This document shows, piece by piece, positions 56,456 through 64,000 of a stretch of DNA of 64,000 nucleotides (the stretch's first letter is position 1; every line of letters begins with the position of its first letter). The translations under genes were made by a program, and so were the position numbers. The stretch is from the NCBI GenBank assembly GCA_963809895.1, contig CAWELD010000003.1, positions 1,120,001 through 1,184,000 on the forward strand, written 5' to 3'. The notes below the pieces were generated by a model. The model ran no database searches. It was not told the origin of the DNA and worked only from the letters and a program-made list of their open reading frames with translations. This DNA comes from an uncultured Gemmatimonadales bacterium (lineage in GTDB: Bacteria > Gemmatimonadota > Gemmatimonadetes > Longimicrobiales > Gaopeijiaceae).

Positions 56456-57976
56456 TCAGCCCCCCGACCCGGCGTCCTCCTCCGCCAGGACGCTGCGCTT
56501 GCGTCCGTACCCGAGGTAGATGACGGCGCCCACGGCGAGCCAGACCACGAAGCGGACCCAGGTGACCGTGGGCAACTGGACCATGAGGTAGACGCACGCA
56601 GCCACCGCCAGGAGGGGCGTGACGGGCACCCACGGCACCTTGAACGGGCGCTCGCGACCGGGCTCGCGGTAGCGCAGCACCAGCACGCCCAATGAGACCA
56701 GAACGAAGGCGAAGAGCGTGCCGATGTTGGTCAGTTCCACCATCTCGTTGATGTTGGCGAAGGCCGCCAGGCCCGCCACGAACACGCCCGTGAGAATCGT
56801 GGTGACATGAGGCGTGTGGAAGCGCGGATGAACCTTGCTCGCCCACTTCGGGAGCAGTCCGTCCCGCCCCATGGAGAAGAAAATGCGCGGCTGACCGTAC
56901 TGGAAGACCAGCAGCACCGAGGTCATGGCCACCACCGCTCCAGCCGAGATGAGCGTCTGCGAGACCGCCAGCAGCCGGGGGCTGCCCCCGGACAGCTCGA
57001 GCGCCGTCACCATGGGCTCCGCCGTGCCCAGCTCGTTCCACGGGGCCATCCCCGTCATGACCAGCCCCACCAGCAGATAGAGCACGGTACAGATCACCAG
57101 GCTCATGAGGATGCCGAAGGGCATGCTCGTCTGGGGATCCTTCGTCTCTTCCGCCGCCGTGGAGACCGCATCGAACCCGATGTAGGCGAAGAAGATGATG
57201 GCCGCCGCCGAACCGATCCCCTTCATGCCGTTGGGCGCGAAGCCGCCGTGTGACGTCAGGTTCCCCGGCCTGAACAGGGTGGCACCCACCAGCAGGAAGA
57301 AGCCGATGACGGCGAGCTTCAGAATCACGATGGCGAAGTTGAACCGGCTGGATTCCCGGGCGCCCCGGACGAGAAGCACCGTGAGCGCCGCCACGATGAG
57401 CACGGCCGGCAGGTTGATGATGATGGGAAAGCCCCCGATGTGGGGAGCCGATGCCATGGCGTCGGCCATCGGACCGCCCCCTCCGACGGCGCCGGCCGCG
57501 GTTCGATAGTCGGTGGCCAGCCAGGATGGAATGTGGATTCCGGCGTGACTCAGCAGGTCCACGAAGTACCCCGACCACGAGATCGCCACCGCCACGTTCC
57601 CGATGGCGTACTCGATGATGAGGTCCCAGCCGATGATCCAGGCCACCCACTCGCCCAGCGCCGCATAGGCGTAGGTGTACGCCGATCCGCTGACAGGCAC
57701 CATGGCGGCGAACTCCGCGTAGCAGAGCGCGGCCAGCCCACAGGCAACGGCGGTGAGCAGCATGGAGATCACGATGGCGGGGCCGGCCCCGAGGTGCTGT
57801 GAGCCTCCGGCGATGGCCGTGCCGGTCGTGGCGAAGATCCCGGCTCCGATGATCGCACCCACGCCCAGGAAGGTGAGGTCCCACCGACCCAGTTCCCTGC
57901 TGAGCCCACCCGATCGGGAGGCCTCCTCGCGCAGTCGGTCGATGCTCTTGCGGCGGCGTAGGTCGGTGATGGCCAT
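56456..57976 (-). CDS. APC-superfamily amino acid permease
   Basis: GVGAIIGAGIF, CYAEFAAMVPVSGSAYTY, FFAYIGFDAVSTAAEE. Confidence 0.95.
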   Translation of the reverse strand: MAITDLRRRKSIDRLREEASRSGGLSRELGRWDLTFLGVGAIIGAGIFATTGTAIAGGSQHLGAGPAIVISMLLTAVACGLAALCYAEFAAMVPVSGSAYTYAYAALGEWVAWIIGWDLIIEYAIGNVAVAISWSGYFVDLLSHAGIHIPSWLATDYRTAAGAVGGGGPMADAMASAPHIGGFPIIINLPAVLIVAALTVLLVRGARESSRFNFAIVILKLAVIGFFLLVGATLFRPGNLTSHGGFAPNGMKGIGSAAAIIFFAYIGFDAVSTAAEETKDPQTSMPFGILMSLVICTVLYLLVGLVMTGMAPWNELGTAEPMVTALELSGGSPRLLAVSQTLISAGAVVAMTSVLLVFQYGQPRIFFSMGRDGLLPKWASKVHPRFHTPHVTTILTGVFVAGLAAFANINEMVELTNIGTLFAFVLVSLGVLVLRYREPGRERPFKVPWVPVTPLLAVAACVYLMVQLPTVTWVRFVVWLAVGAVIYLGYGRKRSVLAEEDAGSGG

Positions 57977-58073
57977 GACATGCTCTGTGAGGGAGGGTCG
58001 CGCCCCGGGGGCGCCCGCGCGAAGCGCTGATAATGTCCCGCGCCGAGCCGACCTGCAACGCATGCCGCCCGGG

Positions 58074-58133
58074 GCTGTCATTGACAGCTGAGGGGAACCA
58101 CTTCACTGTTGAGCTGTCCTCAGCAGCTGATAG
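58074..58133 (+). promoter_or_regulatory. Putative sigma70 promoter and operator of the second padR
   Basis: TTGACA (58081-86)-17 bp-CACTGT; overlapping palindrome GCTGTCA-T-TGACAGC; related boxes TTGACAGCTGAGG and CCTCAGCAGCTGAT. Confidence 0.5.
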
Positions 58134-58197
58134 CAACCCCCGCCGCCGGCGCTCGCAACGTCCGTGGCATCCTCCCTCCTTCGACTCCGGGTCACCC

Positions 58198-58545
58198 ATG
58201 GGCGGCATCGATTCCGACACCCTCTACGGAACCCTCAACATGCTCGTCTTGCGGGCCCTGGCGGACGAGGCGCTCCACGGCCTCGCCATCGCCCGCCGCA
58301 TCCACGAGGCGTCTCGGGAAGCGCTGACCGTGGGCGAGGGCGCTCTCTACCCGGCGCTGCATCGCATGGAGCGAGAGGGGTTGGTGCACGGCTCGTGGGG
58401 AATCTCCGACACCAGGAGGCGAGCCCGTTTCTACGCGCTCACGGACGAAGGCCGTCGCCGCCTGTCGGAAGAGACGCGTCGTTGGAGGGACCACGTCCAG
58501 GCGGTGGGCTCGGTGCTGGACCCGCGACCGGCCGACAGTCGGTGA
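58198..58545 (+). CDS. PadR-family regulator (Acidobacterial-type)
   Basis: LYGTLNMLVL, HGLAIARRI, EGALYPALHRME, RARFYALT. Confidence 0.92.
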   Translation: MGGIDSDTLYGTLNMLVLRALADEALHGLAIARRIHEASREALTVGEGALYPALHRMEREGLVHGSWGISDTRRRARFYALTDEGRRRLSEETRRWRDHVQAVGSVLDPRPADSR

Positions 58546-61178
58546 CGCGTCGCCCCCGCCGCCCCCGGCGGCACCAGGCCGTGGACCGCGAGCTCGAGGA
58601 GGAGCTGCGCTTCCATCTGGACGAGCGCATGGAGGAGTGGATCCGGGAAGGATGCGACCCCGAGGAAGCCCGGGCCCGCGCCCTGCGGCACTTCGGAGAC
58701 TACGACGCGGTGCTGGCGGGGTGCCGGCGACACGCACGGGCCCGAACTCGAAGCGAGAGGTGGACGATGACGATGGACGGGTGGAGGCAGGACCTGGCGC
58801 TGGCGGTACGCAACCTCCGCCGGCGACCGCGCTTCTCGTTGACGGTCGCGGTGACGCTGGCTCTGGCCCTGGGAGCGACCACAGCGGTGCTCACGGTGGT
58901 GGACGGGGTGCTCCTGCGACCCCTTCCCTACCCCGAGCCCGGCGCCCTCGTCCGGGTGGAGATGCAGAACTCGCCCACCAATCGGTTCCCACTGTCGGCG
59001 GTGGATTTCCAGGCCCTGGGCGAACGGCAACAGAGCTTCGTCGGCGTCTCGGGCTTCGCCGTGGGCGAGTCGGCGCTGACCGGTGACGACTCTCCCGAGT
59101 GGGTGAGGGTGGGGCACGCCGCGGCAGGACTCTTCGAGACGCTGGGCCTCGAGCCCACGGCTGGACGCGTCTTCCGCAGCGACGAAGACGCGCCGGGCGC
59201 CCCCGGCGTGGCGCTGTTGACCTGGGATTTCGCCCGAGCGCGTTTCGGAGGGGAAGACCCCCTCGGGCGCACCCTGAGCCTGGACGGGGAGCCGTACACG
59301 GTGGTGGGTGTGCTCCCCCCTGGAAGCGGCGAGATCGCAGGGGCCCGAGCCGCCATGTGGGTCCCCCTCCGCCTGTCGAGTCCCGAGCGGCGGGGACCCT
59401 TCTTCATCCGCGCCGTGGCACGCCTTCGAGACGACACGGACCTGGCGACCGCCAACCGGAACCTGGCCGACATCAGCCAGGCCATCTTCCCGCTGTGGGC
59501 GTCCTCGTTCCAGGATGCCAACGCCCGTCTGACCGCGCGACCGCTCCGGGAAGCGCTGGTTGGGGACACGCGGCCGATGCTGCTGGTGATCGGAGCCGCC
59601 GTGCTTCTGGTGCTCGCCATCGCCTGCGCCAACGTCGCCAACCTGGTCCTGGCCCGGACCGCGTCGCGGACCCAGGAGCTGGGCATCCGCAGCGCGTTGG
59701 GCTCGACCCGCACGCGCACGGCTCGCCTCTTCCTCGTGGAGGGGATGGTGCTGTCACTGCTGGGAGGGCTCGGCGCCGTGGGACTCTCCCTGCTCGGGAT
59801 GGATGCCTTTCGCGCGGCGGCCCCGGATCTACCTCGTGCCGCCGCGGTCACCCTGGGAGCGAGGGGGCTGGTGGCCCTGCTGGTGGGTGTGGTGGTCTGT
59901 GGGATCATCCTCGCCGCGGCTCCGCTGGCCGTGGGTGCGGCCCGGCGGGCGGGATGGGCGCCCAGCGGAGCCCGGGGCACGTCCAGGGAGAGCGGTGGGC
60001 GCCTCAGGCACGCCCTGGTGGTGGTGGAGTTCGCCCTGGCGCTGCCCCTTCTGGCCGGCGCCACGCTGCTCCTGGGCAGCCTGCTTCGCCTGAGCGCGGT
60101 GGATCCGGGCTTCGATCCGGCGGGCCGGGTGGCCATCAGGATCACGCTGCCCGATGGAGGCTACGCCGACTCGGATGCCATCCAGGGGTTCTGGGACGAG
60201 GCGCTCCGGCGGGTGCGGGCGCTTCCCGGGGTTGCCGCCGCTGGAATCTCGGCCAGCCTTCCCCCCGATGCTCCAGCCACCTTCAACAACTTCGATCTCC
60301 TGGACCGGCCGGTGGCGGCGGGCGCCTCACAACCCGTGACGCCCTGGGCCGCCGCCGACGACGGTTTCTTCAAGGCGCTGGGCGTGCCCCTCGAGGAAGG
60401 GCGCATGTTCGACGAGGACGACGCCGCTGATGCGCCACCTGTGGTGCTGGTGAGCCGGAGCTGGGCCCGACACTACTACCCTGGCGAGAGTCCGCTGGGG
60501 CGCCGCATGTACGCCGGCGGATGCACGAGCTGTCCGCCGCTCACCGTCGTGGGCGTGGTGGGTGACGTGAAGTATCAGGGTCTTTCTGGCGCGGCGGACG
60601 CGATCTACACGCCGCCCAGCCAGGAGCCCTGGCGTACGTTCTTCCTGGTGGTACGGGCCGAATCGGAGGCCGCCGTCGGGGCTACGACCGCCTCGGTGCG
60701 ACGAGCCCTCGCCGATCTGGACCCCCTCCTGCCCCTCGGCGACGCCAGCACCCTGGACGAGCGCGTACACGCCTCGCTGTCGGCCCCCCGACACTGGACC
60801 GCCGTGGTCAGTGGGTTCGCGGCGGCGGCGGCGCTCCTGGCCGCCATCGGGGTGTTCGGCGTCCTGTCGTGGGCCGTCCGCGCCTGGACCGGGGAGATCG
60901 GCGTGCGCATGGCGTTGGGCGCCGACGGACGCGGTGTGCTCCTGATGGTTCTCCGCCGAGGCATGACGCCCGCCGTCCTGGGGACGCTTCTGGGCCTCGG
61001 CCTGGCCGTCGCGGCGGCCCCGGCGCTGGACGGCCTGCTCTTCGGCGTCGGTGCCCGGGATCCCGTGGTGCTCGCCGGAGCCACGGCGATCCTGCTGTGC
61101 GTGGCCGTCGCGGCTTGCCTGGTGCCGGCGAGGCGGGCCGCCCGGTTGGATCCCGTGCGCGCCATCGGCGCCGACTGA
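58542..61178 (+). CDS. Duplicated orphan ABC permease (ADOP) with permease-prefix domain
   Basis: ELEEELRFHL prefix; IACANVANL; GEIGVRMALGA; PARRAARLDP. Confidence 0.9.
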   Translation: MTRRPRRPRRHQAVDRELEEELRFHLDERMEEWIREGCDPEEARARALRHFGDYDAVLAGCRRHARARTRSERWTMTMDGWRQDLALAVRNLRRRPRFSLTVAVTLALALGATTAVLTVVDGVLLRPLPYPEPGALVRVEMQNSPTNRFPLSAVDFQALGERQQSFVGVSGFAVGESALTGDDSPEWVRVGHAAAGLFETLGLEPTAGRVFRSDEDAPGAPGVALLTWDFARARFGGEDPLGRTLSLDGEPYTVVGVLPPGSGEIAGARAAMWVPLRLSSPERRGPFFIRAVARLRDDTDLATANRNLADISQAIFPLWASSFQDANARLTARPLREALVGDTRPMLLVIGAAVLLVLAIACANVANLVLARTASRTQELGIRSALGSTRTRTARLFLVEGMVLSLLGGLGAVGLSLLGMDAFRAAAPDLPRAAAVTLGARGLVALLVGVVVCGIILAAAPLAVGAARRAGWAPSGARGTSRESGGRLRHALVVVEFALALPLLAGATLLLGSLLRLSAVDPGFDPAGRVAIRITLPDGGYADSDAIQGFWDEALRRVRALPGVAAAGISASLPPDAPATFNNFDLLDRPVAAGASQPVTPWAAADDGFFKALGVPLEEGRMFDEDDAADAPPVVLVSRSWARHYYPGESPLGRRMYAGGCTSCPPLTVVGVVGDVKYQGLSGAADAIYTPPSQEPWRTFFLVVRAESEAAVGATTASVRRALADLDPLLPLGDASTLDERVHASLSAPRHWTAVVSGFAAAAALLAAIGVFGVLSWAVRAWTGEIGVRMALGADGRGVLLMVLRRGMTPAVLGTLLGLGLAVAAAPALDGLLFGVGARDPVVLAGATAILLCVAVAACLVPARRAARLDPVRAIGAD

Positions 61179-61191
61179 GCTCGGGTCGGGG

Positions 61192-62538
61192 TCAGCGCCC
61201 GGCGCTGAGGCGACCCCGCCACTCGCGAACGTCGGAGAGGAGCGCCGGCTGATCGATCGTGGTAAGTGCCCGGTCGTCCAGGAGCATCCGTCCAGCCACC
61301 CACACGTGGGTGACGCGGTCGCGGCCGGTGGCGTAGACGAGCTGCGAGACCGGATCGTAGAGCGGCTCGGTTTCCACACCGGTGAGCTTCACGGCCACCA
61401 TGTCGGCCTCCTTGCCCACCTCCAACGAACCGATGCGTCGGTCGAGGCCCAGCGCCCGCGCCCCGTCGAGCGTCGCCATGCGGAGCACGTCCTGGGCAGG
61501 AAGAACGCCTGCGTTCCTGCCGACCCACTTGCCGAGCAGCGCCGCGGTTCGCAGCTCTCCGAACATGTCCAGGTCGTTGTTGCTGGCCGCGCCGTCCGTG
61601 CCCAGCGCCACGTTGACACCCGCGGCAGCGAGGGCGGCCACCGGGGCGCACCCGCTGGCGAGCTTGAGGTTGGATTCCGGGCAGTGCACCACGTGGCCTC
61701 CGGCCTCGGCCATCTGCTCGATCTCGGCGTCTTCCAACCACACCATGTGCACCGCCACGAGGCGCTCGTTGACGAGTCCCGCATCGGCCAGTCGGCGCAG
61801 CGGGCGCACGCCGAACTGACGCAGGTGATCGTCCACCTCGCCCTGCGTCTCGTGCACGTGGATGGGCACCTGGACGTCCAGGCGCTCGGCCAGCTCGGCA
61901 ACCTTCTCCAGCCCCCCGGTGCTCACCGTATAGGGTGCATGAGGCGAGAGCGTGGTGGTCACGAGCGGGCGATCGGCCAACGCCTCGTGCATCTCGACGG
62001 CACGCGCGAGGTACTCCTCCTCGTCCTTCGCCCAGGCCGTGGGCACCTGGATCACCACCAATCCCAGCGAGAGCCGGATCCCGCACGCCTCGGCCACCGC
62101 GGCCACCTGATCCGGGAAGAAGTACATGTCCGCGAAGGTGGTGGTCCCACCCCGGATCATCTCCGCGACTGCCAGTCGGGTCCCGTCGCGCACGAACTCC
62201 GGTGACACCCAGGCCTGCTCGGCCGGCCAGATCCGCTCCTGCAGCCAGACCATCAACGGCAGGTCGTCGGCGTAGCCCCGGAGCAGCGTCATGGCCGCGT
62301 GCGTGTGGGCGTTGACCAGACCGGGAATGAGGGCGTGGTCGTCGAGATGTCGCTCCGTGCGCGCCCGGAACCGCTGACGGGCCTCAGCGGCCGGCGAGAC
62401 CTCCACGATCCGTCCCTGATCCACCACCACGGCGTGATCCTCGAGAACACCGGAGTCCGGCGCCACCGGGACGACCCAGCGGGCGAAGACGAGGGAATCG
62501 ACCGACCGGGGGTTCTCCTGCGTGGCTTCCGCAGTCAT
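61192..62538 (-). CDS. mtaD: TRZ/ATZ amidohydrolase (MTA/SAH deaminase-like)
   Basis: PGLVNAHTH, PHAPYTV, HVHET, HCPESNLKLASG, GTDGAASNN. Confidence 0.8.
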   Translation of the reverse strand: MTAEATQENPRSVDSLVFARWVVPVAPDSGVLEDHAVVVDQGRIVEVSPAAEARQRFRARTERHLDDHALIPGLVNAHTHAAMTLLRGYADDLPLMVWLQERIWPAEQAWVSPEFVRDGTRLAVAEMIRGGTTTFADMYFFPDQVAAVAEACGIRLSLGLVVIQVPTAWAKDEEEYLARAVEMHEALADRPLVTTTLSPHAPYTVSTGGLEKVAELAERLDVQVPIHVHETQGEVDDHLRQFGVRPLRRLADAGLVNERLVAVHMVWLEDAEIEQMAEAGGHVVHCPESNLKLASGCAPVAALAAAGVNVALGTDGAASNNDLDMFGELRTAALLGKWVGRNAGVLPAQDVLRMATLDGARALGLDRRIGSLEVGKEADMVAVKLTGVETEPLYDPVSQLVYATGRDRVTHVWVAGRMLLDDRALTTIDQPALLSDVREWRGRLSAGR

Positions 62539-62742
62539 CCTTGCCTGTCTCACTGGAATGCGGGGATTGTGGACCGGTTCGGTGGGCTGTGAAACGGTCG
62601 AGTGGGATCCAACGACGGTGGACCCGCAGGCGGTCGCGCGCCAGCCCCCGAGTGTTCTCTTCGACGCACACCTCCCATCTTTTCGGAGAGTCACCGGCCC
62701 CGGGTCGGGCGATCACGCATCGAAGGAGCGAACGTACCGGTC

Positions 62743-63423
62743 ATGCGCATCCTGGTGGTGGAAGACGACCGCAAGGTCGCCAGCTTCCTCGAGAAGGGCC
62801 TCCGCGAAGAGGGATACTCCGTGGATGTCGCCTCCGACGGAATCGAGGGGGCCATGCGGGCCCTGGTCTACGACTACGACGCGCTCCTCCTCGACATCAT
62901 GCTGCCGGGCAAGTCGGGCCTGGAGATCGTGCGCGAGCTGCGCGCCAAGGAGCGCACCGTACCCATCCTCCTCCTCACCGCCCGGGACACCCGCGAGGAC
63001 ATCGTCACCGGCTTGGACGCCGGGGCCGACGACTACCTGACCAAGCCCTTCGGATTCGACGAGCTGCTGGCCAGGATACGGGCACTCCTGCGGCGCGGCG
63101 GTGCCGAGCGGCCCGACCGCCTTCTGTACGGCGACATCGAGCTCGATCGCATGAAGCACGTGGCCAGCCGCCGGGGCGAGCGGCTGGATCTCACGCCCAA
63201 GGAGTTCCAGCTCCTGGAGTTCTTCATGCTGAATCCCGAACGGGTGGTGCGGCGGACCGAGCTCCTGGAGAAGGTCTGGGACCTCAGCTTCGACCCCATG
63301 AGCAACGTGGTCGACGTCCACGTCGCCCATCTGCGCCAGAAGCTCCGGGAGGGCGACGGCGATCCCCTCGTCCACACGGTTCGTGGTGTCGGATACATCT
63401 TCCAGCGGGGAGAGGACGGGTGA
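62743..63423 (+). CDS. OmpR-family response regulator (CusR/CzcR-like)
   Basis: MRILVVEDD, LDIMLPG, GADDYLTKPF, SNVVDVHV, TVRGVGY. Confidence 0.93.
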   Translation: MRILVVEDDRKVASFLEKGLREEGYSVDVASDGIEGAMRALVYDYDALLLDIMLPGKSGLEIVRELRAKERTVPILLLTARDTREDIVTGLDAGADDYLTKPFGFDELLARIRALLRRGGAERPDRLLYGDIELDRMKHVASRRGERLDLTPKEFQLLEFFMLNPERVVRRTELLEKVWDLSFDPMSNVVDVHVAHLRQKLREGDGDPLVHTVRGVGYIFQRGEDG

Positions 63424-64000
63424 GACGGTCCTTTCGCTTCCAACTCGCCGCGCGCTTCACGGCATCCATGGGCGTGGCCGTGGTGGCCATCGCCGTGGCC
63501 AGCGTGCTCACGCTGCGCGCGGTTCTGGACCGCGAGCTCAACGCCAGCATTCTCAACGTCGCCTCCATCGAGGCCGCCTCGGTGACCGACTCGCCCGACG
63601 GAGAGATGCATTTCCACGAGTGGCAGCTCACTCCCGAAGAGGCGGCGTCGGTGCGGGACCTGATCCGCTACGCCCAGGTGTGGGGCGTGTCCGGCGCGAG
63701 CCTGCTCCGGAGCCAGTTCATGCGCCAGGATCTCCCGCTGGATCGCTCCGCCCTCGACCAGGCGGCGGCGGGTGAGTTGGTCTGGCGGGAGCAGAGCTTC
63801 CAGGGCGTGCCCATCCGCTCCCTGTACTACCCGCTTGCGCGCTTCGGGCCCGCCCACGACAGGCACATCCTCCAGGTGGCCGCGCCCCTCGTGGCCCGCC
63901 ACGAGATGGTGCGCCGCCTCACCCTGTTCTTCGCCGCCATGGTCGTTCTGGTCACGGCTGCGTCGTTCCTGGGAAGCTGGTGGCTCGCCGGTCGCACGGT
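63420..64000 (+). CDS. Sensor histidine kinase, N-terminal part (runs off the right edge)
   Basis: GTG overlapping the regulator stop; manual translation MRRSFRFQLAARF-TM-periplasmic domain-TM-WWLAGR. Confidence 0.8.
   Translation, partial: MRRSFRFQLAARFTASMGVAVVAIAVASVLTLRAVLDRELNASILNVASIEAASVTDSPDGEMHFHEWQLTPEEAASVRDLIRYAQVWGVSGASLLRSQFMRQDLPLDRSALDQAAAGELVWREQSFQGVPIRSLYYPLARFGPAHDRHILQVAAPLVARHEMVRRLTLFFAAMVVLVTAASFLGSWWLAGRT

Noticed and set aside
1..64000. CRISPR array, integrase/transposase, prophage or defence system
   Set aside because: No regularly spaced repeats, no recombinase or cas motifs, and no tRNA 3'-end duplication (att site) seen near tRNA-Pro or tRNA-Sec

Overview
High-GC (roughly 70% by eye), gene-dense bacterial chromosomal segment. 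The gene repertoire (PadR + duplicated ABC-permease pairs, VPS10/BNR hydrolase, M14 and M20 peptidases, Big_2 lipoproteins) suggests Gemmatimonadota; this is inference. About 54 CDS. The left part is mostly housekeeping/envelope: ppk1 (partial), crcB, tRNA-Pro, rdgB-rph, split heptose genes rfaE1/rfaE2, lptE, lpxH, tRNA-Sec (selC), deoC + ALDH16-type dehydrogenase, Rrf2, mlaEFD, pncA/pncB, galT, lspA. The stretch ~41-56.5 kb looks accessory. It holds two tandem ~1000-aa Ig-repeat lipoproteins sharing an unrecognised C-terminal domain; a DUF542/membrane protein/DUF59/DUF2249 operon under a perfect 32-bp AT-rich palindrome; and a Cyc2-like monoheme cytochrome-porin fusion transcribed divergently from a sigma54-type two-component system, with three palindromic boxes between them. 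Two single-base homopolymer frameshifts (ALDH and Spy-like gene) are probably assembly errors. No CRISPR array, integrase, transposase or rRNA was seen.
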